Shown: positions 42,705-52,941, counted from the stretch's first letter. The stretch is DNA of 64,000 nucleotides from Candidatus Binatia bacterium (GCA_963666315.2 CAXXHG010000035.1:11800-75799), one strand, 5' to 3'. Numbers and translations: made by a program. Notes: generated from the sequence alone by a model not told the origin.

Positions 42705-43574
42705 TTACCCCCTCGTCCTTTCCAGCGCCCTTGTCAGCGTTCTGCGCGTCAGGACCTTCACCAATTCAATCCGATACGTGGCTGAACCACGCACATCAGA
42801 GATCGGGCTGGCGGCCTGAGCGGCGAGTTCGCCGGCCTGTGCAATAGTCGTTACATCCAATGTTTTGCCTGCTAAAAATGCCTCCGCCTCTTTTGCCCGG
42901 AGAGGAGTAGGGGCAACTGCGGCTAGTGTGATACGAGCCTGCTCACAGGTTTGCTTGTCTGGGCTGAGCTGGACAAACGAGCCTACTCCAGCAACTGCGA
43001 TGTCCATCTCTTCGCGGGGAATGAACCGCAGATAGGCTGCGCCGGAGTTTGGTGGGGGAACAGGCAGAATAATCTCAACCAGGATCTCTCCTTTTTCGAG
43101 CACGGTCTGTCCCGGTCCAGTAAAAAGATATTCCGCAGGCAGCTCGCGTCGTCCGTTTGGTCCTTCGAGCAGCAGCGCTGCGCCGTACGACAGTGCGGGC
43201 GGGACGGCGTCAGCCGACGGAGCCGCATTACAAAAATTGCCGCCCAGCCCAGCGCGGTTCTGTATTTGATACGAACCGACTAAGGCGCAGGCTTCGGCCA
43301 AGGCAGGGTAGTGGTCGCTGGCCGGATCGAAGCTGGCGATCTTGGTGCACGAGACGGCCGCTCCAATATGGAGTCCGGAGCCGGTGTAGGACAGAACGTT
43401 TAATTCAGAAATTCTTTTGATATCAACGACCAGGGAAAGGCTGCGGCGGTTTTCTTTCATCTGGGTGACGAGATCCGTTCCGCCTGCGAGTGGGCGGGCC
43501 TCGCCATTCGCCTCAGACAGCAAAGCCACGGCTTCTTGTAAACTTTGGGGAGCCGCGTAGTCAAATGCGTGCAC
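42705..43574 (-). CDS. FAD-binding medium subunit (CoxM/CutM family)
   Basis: LAGGTDL, QIQNRAGLGGN and PISDVRGS motifs. Confidence 0.93.
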   Translation of the reverse strand: MHAFDYAAPQSLQEAVALLSEANGEARPLAGGTDLVTQMKENRRSLSLVVDIKRISELNVLSYTGSGLHIGAAVSCTKIASFDPASDHYPALAEACALVGSYQIQNRAGLGGNFCNAAPSADAVPPALSYGAALLLEGPNGRRELPAEYLFTGPGQTVLEKGEILVEIILPVPPPNSGAAYLRFIPREEMDIAVAGVGSFVQLSPDKQTCEQARITLAAVAPTPLRAKEAEAFLAGKTLDVTTIAQAGELAAQAASPISDVRGSATYRIELVKVLTRRTLTRALERTRG

Positions 43575-43758
43575 GATTCGAGCCTCCTTTTCTCAGACAA
43601 GAGTATTTCTATCCCCCAGTGCAGGGGAAGATCAAGGGAAAGGGAGTGTGGACAAGTCGGACCGGGCCTGATTAAGTACCCCGATTACTAAGGGGAGTGG
43701 GCGGTGGGATAGACGGGGGCGCTCGGACGCGCAAACTCTGAAGAGGGAGGAAATATTC

Positions 43759-44544
43759 TTGGCAAACCGGACTGAACATAAGATTACCGTAGCCGAATCT
43801 GAATTGACGCTCATTAAGGCAGGTTCGGGTAAACCGCTGTTAATGCTGCATGATGAGCTCGGATTTCCGGGCTGGCTGAAATGGAATGACGAGCTCGCCG
43901 CGGACCGTGGATTTGTGATTCCGCTGCAGCCGGGTTTCGATAAAACACCCCGCATAGACTGGATTCGCAGTTTCCGTGACTTGGCCAGCTTTTATAGTAT
44001 GGCGGTCCGAGAAATGGGTCTCGGCCCTGTGGATGTGATTGCTTTCTCGGCTGGTGGATATATTGCCGCCGAGATGATCGCGTCTGACCCCCATATATTT
44101 AGCCATATGATTCTTGTGGGTCCTATGGGCATCAAGCCGGAAAAAGGGGAGATCTTTGACATCTTCCCGGTGACGATTCGCACCCATCTGCGAGCAACCG
44201 TAGCAGATCCGAGCAATCCCGAGTTTGGCACTATCTACGGCGGAGAGATGACGCCGGAGCAGTTCGAGGCGTTTGAAGACGCACGGGCCGAGAGCGCGCG
44301 GATCGGTTGGGAGCCGTATATGCACAATCCCAGCTTGCCGCATTTGCTGCGTGGAGTGAAAAACGTAACAACGCTGCTGATCCGAGGCGCTCAAGATAAG
44401 ATCGTCCCGCAAGGCTGCATTGATGCCTACCAACAGGCTATTGATGGAGCCCGGACAGCGCAGATTACCGATGCCGGCCACCGTCCGGAAGTAGAAAACT
44501 CGGCTGAGTTCGTGAAAATCGTCACAGAGTTCCTGGCATCCTAG
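43759..44544 (+). CDS. Alpha/beta hydrolase
   Basis: AFSAGG nucleophile elbow, GAQDKIVP and AGHRP; GGAGG RBS before TTG. Confidence 0.85.
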   Translation: MANRTEHKITVAESELTLIKAGSGKPLLMLHDELGFPGWLKWNDELAADRGFVIPLQPGFDKTPRIDWIRSFRDLASFYSMAVREMGLGPVDVIAFSAGGYIAAEMIASDPHIFSHMILVGPMGIKPEKGEIFDIFPVTIRTHLRATVADPSNPEFGTIYGGEMTPEQFEAFEDARAESARIGWEPYMHNPSLPHLLRGVKNVTTLLIRGAQDKIVPQGCIDAYQQAIDGARTAQITDAGHRPEVENSAEFVKIVTEFLAS

Positions 44545-44566
44545 GAGCACAAGAGGAAGAGTCACC

Positions 44567-45895
44567 ATGCAATTTTCATATTTTACGGAACGCCCTTACC
44601 GTGGGGTGGATGAAGACGCAGTCCTCAAAAATAGAGCCTTCTTTGCCCTCCCTAACGAACAGTTCGATCGTGAGATAGCAGCGAACGATTTCAACTATTA
44701 TCTGGACGAAAACTGCTATGCGGAAGAACTTGGCTTTGATGCGGTTGCGCTCAATGAGCATCACGGCAACCCGTTCTGTATGGGCAGTGTCATGAACGTT
44801 GAGGCGGCGATTCTGGCCCGGATTACAAACAGGGTCAAAATCGTCCTGATCGGCAACCCTCTGCCCGTCCTGAAACATCCGCTTCGGATGGCAGAAGAAC
44901 TCGCTGAGATTGATCTGATCTCGCGCGGACGTTTGGTCACTGGTTGGGTGCGCGGTGCCGGCAGTGAACAGTTCTTTAATAACGCCAACCCAGCTTATAA
45001 CCGTGAGTTGTTCAACGAAGCCCACGATTTTATTATTCAAGCCTGGACCAAGCCTGGGCCGTGGCGTTACGAGGGAAAACATTTCCACTACCGGCATGTG
45101 AACCCTTGGGTGTTGCCGTACCAGAAGCCGTATCCGCAAATGTGGATTCCGGGCGTGTTGAGCCCTGAAACCGTACGCTGGTGTGCACAGCACAAATACC
45201 CCTATATCGGTCTTGGGACTGCGTTGGGGCCAACCTGCGAGCTGTGGAATGTGTATGCCGATGAAGCGGCTAAACTAGGATACCAAGCGGGTCCGGAGAA
45301 TTTTGGTTATCTGATTCCAACCTTTCTGGCTGAAACAGATGCAAAGGCCCAGGAAGTGGGGAAGAATTTTATCTTTGGCGGTGGGCAAAATGCCTTCTCG
45401 CGGCCTGAACACACCCTGCCGCCGGGGTATAATTCTAAAAGCGCGATTCGTATGCTGGCCAAGCATCCGGGCGGGAGTTGGTTGGGCGTAAGCCCCGAGA
45501 AGCTGCGGCAGCAGCAGGAGGACCAACCCGAGGAAGTCGATTATGATGAGGTCCGCCAAAAGTTGCTCAAGGGATATGAAAAGACCCAGCGCAACCACCA
45601 GCTCATCATTGGCTCGCCCAAAACGGTGCTTCCCAAACTCAAGGTCCTGCTGCGCATCCTGCGACCTGGCATCTTCACTTTCTTCAACATCCAGGGCAAG
45701 GTGAGTAATGAAGACCGGATGACGAGCATGCGGCTCATTGCTGAAGAAGTCATGCCTGATCTCCGCGAGTATGCCAACGAGTTGGGCCTCAAGGACCCGT
45801 TCGAGCGTACGCCCGGCTCAGTCCCGTATCGGAATGGCGTGGCGCGCGATCCTGTGATAGACCGCGGACCTTTGGACGAGTTGGGCCTTAAATAG
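44567..45895 (+). CDS. LLM class flavin-dependent oxidoreductase
   Basis: AEELGFD..LNEHH and AEELA.IDLISRGRL..G.VRG motifs. Confidence 0.9.
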   Translation: MQFSYFTERPYRGVDEDAVLKNRAFFALPNEQFDREIAANDFNYYLDENCYAEELGFDAVALNEHHGNPFCMGSVMNVEAAILARITNRVKIVLIGNPLPVLKHPLRMAEELAEIDLISRGRLVTGWVRGAGSEQFFNNANPAYNRELFNEAHDFIIQAWTKPGPWRYEGKHFHYRHVNPWVLPYQKPYPQMWIPGVLSPETVRWCAQHKYPYIGLGTALGPTCELWNVYADEAAKLGYQAGPENFGYLIPTFLAETDAKAQEVGKNFIFGGGQNAFSRPEHTLPPGYNSKSAIRMLAKHPGGSWLGVSPEKLRQQQEDQPEEVDYDEVRQKLLKGYEKTQRNHQLIIGSPKTVLPKLKVLLRILRPGIFTFFNIQGKVSNEDRMTSMRLIAEEVMPDLREYANELGLKDPFERTPGSVPYRNGVARDPVIDRGPLDELGLK

Positions 45896-45928
45896 GGTCA
45901 TCTAAACTTGCATAACTGGCTGTTTCTG

Positions 45929-45958
45929 AGGGGCGGGTTTTAAACCCGTCCTTTTTTT
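45929..45958 (+). terminator. Intrinsic terminator
   Basis: GGGCGGGTTT-T-AAACCCGTCC stem followed by a T7 run. Confidence 0.7.
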
Positions 45959-46023
45959 GTTGTGTCAATTGTTTGACTCGGTTGAGAGCCCGCAGTACCG
46001 TGTCACCCAGAAAGAATCTCACC

Positions 46024-47070
46024 ATGAGCGACCAGCACGACGAGAAACAACTCCGGCATGACTCTGAGTCCTTCCCGCAACGAACACTCACGTCTGCCCA
46101 GAACCGGGAACGGGAGATCCGGGTCAAGGCAATTGAGGCATTGTTAGTCGAAAGAGAGCTGGTTTCCGACGAATTGCTCGATTCCGTGCTGGACTCGTAT
46201 GAGAACGATATCGGTCCACTGAATGGCTACCGAGTCGTTGCCCGCGCGTGGGTCGACCCTGCGTATAAAGAACGCCTTCTTGAGAATGGAACGGCCGCCA
46301 TCGCAGAGCTTGGTTTTGGCGGCTTGCAAGGCGAACGCCTTGTTGTTGTAGAGAATACCCCAGAGACGCACAATGTCATCGTGTGCGCCTTGTGCTCGTG
46401 TTACCCCTGGCCTGTCCTGGGCCTGCCGCCATTTTGGTATAAGAGTCGATCGTACCGATCGAGAGTGGCGGGCAAGCCGCGCGAGGTGCTCCACGAGTTT
46501 GGTCTCGATCTGGATGAAGAGGTGCAGATTCAGGTCTGGAATAGCAACTTCCAGACCCGCTATATGGTTCTGCCTGAACGACCGCAGGGTTCGGAACAGC
46601 TGACAGAAGAGGAACTCGCGGCCATAGTCACGCGGGACGCCATGATCGGCGTGGCTAAAGTCGAGCGTAAGAAAAAACAGCAGCCCGGTCTCTCCCAACG
46701 ACAAGTATCCGACATGCAAGGCACCGCCGCCCTACCGCGGAAAAGTGGAGAACTCCAGTTCCAAGATCCCTGGGAAGGTGAGGCGTTTGCCATGGCTGTC
46801 GCCCTGTGTGAGCGTAGGCACTATCAGTGGCAAGAATTTCAGGAGCACTTGATTGCTGAGATTGCGAGAGCAGATCAAACAGCGCCTGATGTGAGATCGA
46901 CGTATTATGAAAGCTGGCTCGCGGCATTTGAAAAGCTGCTCGATACGAAAAACATTCTGGCCCAAACAACGCTCAATCGACGCGTCCGACAAATACAGCG
47001 CGGCATTTCTATGCGCCGCACTCGCCTGCCATTTGGCATCGCCATGTGGGAAGACGATGAGGATGAGTGA
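46024..47070 (+). CDS. nthA: Nitrile hydratase alpha subunit fused to a nitrile hydratase accessory (P14K-like) domain
   Basis: [37 protein letters not shown] and RYMVLPERP, then in frame [23 protein letters not shown] and [13 protein letters not shown]. Confidence 0.88.
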   Translation: MSDQHDEKQLRHDSESFPQRTLTSAQNREREIRVKAIEALLVERELVSDELLDSVLDSYENDIGPLNGYRVVARAWVDPAYKERLLENGTAAIAELGFGGLQGERLVVVENTPETHNVIVCALCSCYPWPVLGLPPFWYKSRSYRSRVAGKPREVLHEFGLDLDEEVQIQVWNSNFQTRYMVLPERPQGSEQLTEEELAAIVTRDAMIGVAKVERKKKQQPGLSQRQVSDMQGTAALPRKSGELQFQDPWEGEAFAMAVALCERRHYQWQEFQEHLIAEIARADQTAPDVRSTYYESWLAAFEKLLDTKNILAQTTLNRRVRQIQRGISMRRTRLPFGIAMWEDDEDE

Positions 47071-47265
47071 GTTCTGTTGAGAGCGGGTACACTTTTCTGC
47101 TCCACTGCATAACAGAGAGCGTCCAAAGCGACCTCATGGATGGGGAAAAAACATCTTTCTGGCGTATTGCTGCTGAAGCCCTAGCTCACTAGAAGTGGCG
47201 TGGACGAGGTCCACGGGATACAAAGCGAAAGAGTGACGCGTAGTGACGAAAGGAAAAAGAGCAGT

Positions 47266-47731
47266 ATGAAACATCGCTTCATCCATATCTGTCTTGCTGG
47301 TCTGCTTGTCTTTCCTTGTCTGACCTGGGGCTACGGAGTTCCGCCAATACCCCCGCCAGAAAATCCCCAGAGCCCGGGTGCCCTGGAGGTCCCACTGGCC
47401 AACGCACTCCGTTCAGAGCGGGATAGGCTATGTCTCTGGCTGGTATTGTGACTTGCTAGCAACAGACACGCTGACCGTCCTCTTTAACGGTGGCGAGCCT
47501 AATACCGTGCTGTATGGCGCGAGCCGTAACGATACAGTTGCGGTTTGCGGCGATGCCGACAACGGTTACGTCATGCCGCTGAACTGGAATGATTTGGGGG
47601 ATGGTCTGCACCTGGTCGAAGTCTTTGCCGGAGACGCCCTCATTGCGAGTGCCGGGGTGTGGGTCAAGACCTTTGGGACAGCGTTTCACACCGGCGCTGC
47701 GGCGACCGTCGTGATTCAGGATTTTCTCCCA
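47266..47731 (+). pseudogene. Exported hypothetical protein, frameshifted and truncated
   Basis: Signal peptide; SGIGYVSGWYCD and YGASRNDT..VCGDADNG..NWN.LGDG.H continue in a second frame. Confidence 0.55.
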
Positions 47732-47812
47732 GGAAGACCGGAAGAGCAGCTCGTATCGATACACTTGCTGGTGTTGATCTAAAATTGGTTGACGAGCAAC
47801 GAAGGTCTCCAT
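47732..47812 (-). pseudogene. 5' stub of an EAL/HDOD-type protein
   Basis: METFVARQPILDQHQQVYRYELLFRS; only about 27 codons remain. Confidence 0.7.
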
Positions 47813-47915
47813 AATTCCCCCGGTTTTTCCCTGTAAAGGAATTTTCGGCCTATTTGGGGGGATCTATAGTCCAGATCGGCTAGAAGTGGAGGGCGTAGCC
47901 TGGAGAATTCCGGCC

Positions 47916-48566
47916 TTAGCCCGTCCGAAGCTCGACCTCAAAACACGTCCCGCCGCCTTCGCGCGGCACACAGCGGACATCGCAGCCGTGACGGCGAGCG
48001 ATTTGGTGTACGAGCGCCAGCCCAAGACCAACGCCGTCGTCACTGCTCTCGCGCATTCCAGGCAGACGATAGAACGGCTCGAAGATGCGTTCTCGCTCCT
48101 GCTCCGGAATGCCGGGGCCCCGATCTGCAACCCGCAGCCGAGCGCCCGTATTGAATGGAGCAACGGTCGCCTCAATAGGCGAGTCGGCCGCATAGCGCTG
48201 GGCATTTTCGAGCAAATTGCGCATTAATCTGCGCAACATATGCGGATCGCCGTGAATGCAGACGGACTCCCCGCCGACCTCTGCCTGGGTTCGTGTCGCT
48301 TCTTCCGCCAGCAGAGCGAGCAGATCCACTGCTTGTGGGTGCTCAATGCTGTCGAGGGTATCCAGGCGGCTGGCTAAAAGAATTTCGCCGATCAATTCGT
48401 CCAGCTCGGTGATATCTTGCGCAATCTGGGTGTGTAACTCTGGCCGCTCTGTACTCGGCAAGAGCTCAACCGCCATGCGTATGCGTGCCAGCGGGGAGCG
48501 GAGTTCATGCGAGGCTCCGCTGAACATCGTGCGCTGCGCAGTGACCAGACGCTCGATGCGAGCGGC
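47916..48566 (-). pseudogene. Sensor histidine kinase, 5'-truncated
   Basis: SHELRSPLAR, NLLENA, DRGPGI and GLGLAL boxes; no sensor or TM part. Confidence 0.85.
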
Positions 48567-48586
48567 CAGGCAGCAGGGACTTGTGC

Positions 48587-48841
48587 GTGGCTAAGTTTAT
48601 TTTTGCTCGACGTTCTTTGCGGGACGTTGCGGATTGGAAGAAAGGCGCTTCGCCGCGTGATCGTGACGCCTTGGATCAAGTATTGAGTGCCATATCTGCT
48701 GATCCGACCTTGCCAGGCCGTGCGCTGAGCTTTCACGATCCGCAGCGGCCGAGCTATTCATATCGGGCTGGCCCTTTTCTCATCCGTTATCGGGAGACAG
48801 ATGATGGAGGAGTGGAGTTCCTCAACCTTTTCCACCGCTGA
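48587..48841 (+). CDS. Small RelE-like toxin candidate
   Basis: 84 aa; YRAGPFLIRY..VEFLNL; overlapped by the tail of a lost upstream gene (QQGLVRG*). Confidence 0.45.
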   Translation: MAKFIFARRSLRDVADWKKGASPRDRDALDQVLSAISADPTLPGRALSFHDPQRPSYSYRAGPFLIRYRETDDGGVEFLNLFHR

Positions 48842-49245
48842 GGCCCAGCGCCGAAGAGGGTCGTAGGGGCAGTCGGCAGTCCGCCCGACCCCAATCCGTC
48901 CACGTTTGGCGGCGGACCGGCGATCATGGGACCGACGGCGGGGACTCTGTTTAATTTTCTGAAGGTCACCATAGACACGCGGATATCGGGTTTGGACACG
49001 ATCCGGCTGGGCGGATATGTGGGGCTGGCCGAGACCGGCAGCAGGGTGCCGCTGTGTACGACCGGTTACGCTTTGGCTTCTATGCTGATCTGCGTCGCCG
49101 TCGGCTGAGAGTCAAAGAAGTCTCCCTTCTCCATTACCGTTCTGCCGTTCGGTTAATATTTTGATGCCGAATGATGATGAATCCTGATAATCAAAGCACC
49201 GCTCCAAGCGGTATGGCAGGGGCGATAAACTGAAAAGACTCTCTC

Positions 49246-50283
49246 CTACCGACAGTGTGGAATGACTTCTGTGGCAAACAATTCCATTGAGCGCTTGATG
49301 ATAGTGTGATCGACCAGCCCGCCTTGGTTGAAATAGCCGATATATTCGGCCATGGGAAATTCTCGCTTGAAGTGCTGAATGCGCTCAATGCAGTGATCAG
49401 GATCGCCAAACGCGCCCATAGTCCTATCCAGCCCTTCGTAGGTAACGCGCTCTAGTCGCTCTAACACCTGCTTGAAGGCTTGGTAGCTTTTGATGGTTGT
49501 TTCTTTCAGCGGCCGGAGACGCTCCCCGGCCGCCTTAAAAAAATTCATCAGACTGGCCTCACATTCCTCACGCGCTTTGTCTCGGCTGGTTGCAACGTGA
49601 ACGGGAAACATGAGCGCAACATCAGGCTGCACGCCGGGTTTCATGTGTTCCTGATAGTCCGCAATATAGCCCTGTAGTTTGTCAGGCGGATTAATGAGCG
49701 GTGAGGCAAAGATGGATAGACCCAGCAGTCCGGACAGCGCAAAGGTATCCGGACTGTTGGCCGCCATACGTATGGGAGGGTGGGGCTTCTGAAGAGGGCG
49801 CGGGACGACGGCGAGATCCTCAGCATGGAAATACTTACCCTGATAGGACAACCGATCGTGTGTCCAGGCCGTCCGAATCACGTCAAGTGCTTCTGCAAAT
49901 CGTTCCCGACTTTCTTCCATAGACACATTATAGCCGGTGTAATGGATCGGAGCGCTGCCGCGTCCCACACCGAACTCGAGCCGCCCGCCACTCAGTATGT
50001 CCGCAGTAGCCGCTTCTTCCGCAATTTTCAGTGGGTTATGCAGCGGCAAGAGTGTGACGGCGGTTCCCAGCCGAATGCGCTCGGTATGTTGTGCGGCGGT
50101 TGCCAGCACCATGAGTGGTGAGGCCATGATCGAGGTGTTCGGCCCAAAGTGGAGTTCGCCCAGCCAGACGGTATCGAAACCGACTGCATCGCCGAGACGA
50201 ATCTGGGCCAAAATATCCTGGTAGCGTTGCCGTGCAGACTGCGACGACGCGCACGGCAGCTGATCGAAAAACCCAAAGCGCAT
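49246..50283 (-). CDS. LLM class flavin-dependent oxidoreductase
   Basis: GFDTVWLGELHF and AEEAATADILSGGRLEFGVGRG motifs. Confidence 0.92.
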   Translation of the reverse strand: MRFGFFDQLPCASSQSARQRYQDILAQIRLGDAVGFDTVWLGELHFGPNTSIMASPLMVLATAAQHTERIRLGTAVTLLPLHNPLKIAEEAATADILSGGRLEFGVGRGSAPIHYTGYNVSMEESRERFAEALDVIRTAWTHDRLSYQGKYFHAEDLAVVPRPLQKPHPPIRMAANSPDTFALSGLLGLSIFASPLINPPDKLQGYIADYQEHMKPGVQPDVALMFPVHVATSRDKAREECEASLMNFFKAAGERLRPLKETTIKSYQAFKQVLERLERVTYEGLDRTMGAFGDPDHCIERIQHFKREFPMAEYIGYFNQGGLVDHTIIKRSMELFATEVIPHCR

Positions 50284-50321
50284 GTTTCCCTCCTTTTGCT
50301 TGGGCGTATTGTCTGCTCTTT

Positions 50322-51071
50322 TTATTGGGCTGTATATCCTCCGTCGATAACCAATTCTGTCCCGGTCACATACGAGGACTCATCCGAAGCAAGATAGAGC
50401 ACGCCATACGCGACTTCCTCGGGCTTGCCGTCTCTGCCCAGCGGAGTGAGGCGTAAGACCATCTCGCGTCGCTCTGGGGCTAAGGGCGTCGTCATGGGTG
50501 TTTCGATGCGACCCGGATGGATAGAGTTGGCCCGGATCTTATCGGCGGCATATTGCACGGCGGCGTTTTTGGTCAGCAGCCGCACCGCGCCTTTGCTGGC
50601 TTGGTAAGCCGGAATATTGGACAACCCGATGAGACCGGCTATAGACGAAATATTCACAATCGAGCCACTGCCTGCCCGGCGCATGGCGGGGATCGCGTGC
50701 TTCATGCCAAGGAAGACGCCGGTTTGATTTACACTGATGACGGCATTCCAGTCGTCAAGGCTGGTTTCATCCAGAGGGGCCATGCGGACTATGCCCGCAT
50801 TGTTGACCAAGATGGCAAGTTGGCCATAGGTCTGTTCAGCGGTCTCAACTGCCTGCTGCCAGTCGCTTTCTTTGCTGACATCAAGAGGGACGAAGGTGGC
50901 AGCTCCACCTTGCCGGATAATATCCTGGACGACGGCTCGGCCCTGCTCCTCAAGTACATCGCCCAGAATAACCTTTGCCCCCTCGCGCGCGAATAATCGT
51001 GCTTCGCTTTCTCCCATACCGCGGGCCGCCCCCGAGATGAGCGCGACTTTTCCTGCTAAACGTCCTGGCAT
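50322..51071 (-). CDS. SDR family oxidoreductase (3alpha,20beta-HSD-like)
   Basis: SGAARGMG, NNAG, YQASK and NSIHPG motifs. Confidence 0.92.
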   Translation of the reverse strand: MPGRLAGKVALISGAARGMGESEARLFAREGAKVILGDVLEEQGRAVVQDIIRQGGAATFVPLDVSKESDWQQAVETAEQTYGQLAILVNNAGIVRMAPLDETSLDDWNAVISVNQTGVFLGMKHAIPAMRRAGSGSIVNISSIAGLIGLSNIPAYQASKGAVRLLTKNAAVQYAADKIRANSIHPGRIETPMTTPLAPERREMVLRLTPLGRDGKPEEVAYGVLYLASDESSYVTGTELVIDGGYTAQ

Positions 51072-51136
51072 ATGCGGCCTCCTTTATCTGCTCTCCCTAT
51101 CTTTCCTTACCCCTGCGGGGAACTCCCTTACTGGTG

Positions 51137-51312
51137 CAGCTTCAGGGGACCTCCTTGGGAATAGCAGTTCCCTCGCCCAGTCGGGGCTCCAAAGGGGCGA
51201 GGGCTAGGGCGAGGGGAATGGAATGAAATTTCAACCCCCCTCACCTCTTTCCTCTCCGACCAGCGGGAGAGGAGGGGAATTGGACTCCCAAAGAGGTTGA
51301 CTGTTTTTGCCC
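51137..51312. repeat. ~180-bp dispersed palindromic element, copy 2
   Basis: Colinear with 16510-16692. Confidence 0.75.
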
Positions 51313-51725
51313 GGGGTAATATCAAAAAGTGTGGGAAACGAGCGACAGGTGGCATATCCTCATGGGTGACCTAACCCACCGGACGGAGTCCGGGGAGAGC
51401 AGGAGGAGTTGCTATGGCGCAGAAGGATATTACCTCAGAGCAGAAGGGAAACAGCACGTGGGACCACCTAGAGGGGTTTGTTCGGGACCACGTTCGACGA
51501 TTCATCCCAGCCCTGTTAGAAGAAGTGGTGACCGAGTTGTTAGGGTGGGCCAAGTCGGCGCGGTGCGAAGCCGTTGAGGCCCTCTAAGGGTATCGGAATG
51601 GCTATGGAAAGCCGCGCCGCTTGAGTATGACGAGCGGAACGATAACCGTCCGGCGGCCCCGAGTCCGGGACTTACCCGAGCGGTCTGAAAGTCGGGTACT
51701 CCCCATGTTCAAGCGCCACACCAAG
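51313..51725 (+). mobile_element. IS256-family transposase 5' relic
   Basis: From ATG 51414: LLEEVVTELLG..*GYRNGYGKPRRL..GTITVRRPRVRD..ESRVLP, with an in-frame TAA. Confidence 0.8.
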
Positions 51726-51736
51726 CCGGTCGAGTC

Positions 51737-51838
51737 GAAGCCCGGGAACTGCTCGCTCCCGTCTACAACTGGTTCACCGAAGGGTTTGATACGGCAGATT
51801 TGAAAGAGGCAAAAACGTTGCTGGAGGAGTTAAGCTGA
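51737..51838 (+). pseudogene. Second orphan adenylate cyclase/ATPase-TPR C-terminal tail
   Basis: [33 protein letters not shown]. Confidence 0.75.
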
Positions 51839-51999
51839 AGAGACAATCGTCACCTGAGAGTATTGCTGCCTGGCTTTATTTACACAACTATCGCAAAGAC
51901 CTCTTTTGCCTTTGGGAGAGGGAAAAGAACGGATCCCAAAAAATCCGGAAATATTTCTTGAGCTGAGACTCCTACTACGCAACGCATCTTAACGCAACG

Positions 52000-52416
52000 T
52001 TAGGGCGTGTGGGGTCGGGACTCGTGGTAGTGAATGACTTTCCACTGTCCATTGTGGCGGCGCAGAATAAATGTATTCCGCCCAGCGGTGACAAAGGTCT
52101 CAGCCAGTCTCTTGATATCACCCTCAAAATGAAAATTGCAAAAGGCATAGGCTGTGTCGCCAAACACGTCGATGGTGATGTCCCGCAGCCGCATGGCTCC
52201 CACACGAATGACAGACTCGGCCGCGTGGCGGAAATACGCCTCGACTTCGGCCCAGCCGCGAACGGGCTGAGCCCGCTCTTCGGGAATATAGAGGATATGC
52301 TCGTATGCTGAGTCCCAAATGCTTTTGAGTCCTTCCCAGTCCATGGCCTGCCAGCTTTTGGAATACTGATCAAGGACCGCCCTGATTTGTTGTATATCGT
52401 GTTCCTTGGTCGGCAT
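52000..52416 (-). CDS. SnoaL-like/NTF2 family protein
   Basis: GDTAYA..R.TFILRRHNGQWKVIHYHES. Confidence 0.85.
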   Translation of the reverse strand: MPTKEHDIQQIRAVLDQYSKSWQAMDWEGLKSIWDSAYEHILYIPEERAQPVRGWAEVEAYFRHAAESVIRVGAMRLRDITIDVFGDTAYAFCNFHFEGDIKRLAETFVTAGRNTFILRRHNGQWKVIHYHESRPHTP

Positions 52417-52545
52417 AGGGGTGCTCCGTTTCTCATCGTCCGTGTAGTGTATTCGGGTGTGCGTGTCAATAAAAATATGCTCGCGCTTATAGCGATACGC
52501 TTTGAACTGCGCTATGAAGAAAAAGATACTCGGAGAGGTAAAAGT

Positions 52546-52941
52546 ATGCGTTCCCTACTGTTCGTATTCTTTCCGACCGTGCTGATCGTGCTCATTCTGC
52601 CAGCGTTTCTCCTGGCGTGTGATATGATGCGCATTACGGGCGTATTCGTGAGTGCCGAAGACGATCCTGGGCAGTACTCCCCCAGCCTGAATGTGAGGAT
52701 CGCCGGTCAGCCCTGGACGCTGCATATCCGAGAATCCCGCCATCTGTCTGACGGCCGGTCCGGTCGGAAGACCCTACGCTCCGTGCGATCGTTATCCTTG
52801 GTGGGCTCACCCGAGCTGCTGGACTATATCCAGAGCCCCGAGACGCGCGGTCAACCTCTCAAAATTGAAGGCGATTTCGCTCGCAGAGGCGGCATCTTTC
52901 GGCTGATGACAGTGGAGCCCGCACTGGGGTCGTTCTGGTAA
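52546..52941 (+). CDS. Hypothetical exported protein
   Basis: GAGG RBS and a hydrophobic N-terminus. Confidence 0.5.
   Translation: MRSLLFVFFPTVLIVLILPAFLLACDMMRITGVFVSAEDDPGQYSPSLNVRIAGQPWTLHIRESRHLSDGRSGRKTLRSVRSLSLVGSPELLDYIQSPETRGQPLKIEGDFARRGGIFRLMTVEPALGSFW

Noticed and set aside
39917-43574. Aerobic CO dehydrogenase
   Set aside because: It lacks the CODH active-site loop and cox accessory genes.
46024-47070. NHLP-type RiPP precursor
   Set aside because: It has the full Cys metal motif and full alpha-subunit length, and no RiPP maturases are nearby.
48787-49108. Gly/Pro-rich short ORFs as peptide precursors
   Set aside because: No RBS, leader motif or modifying enzymes; probably a gene remnant.
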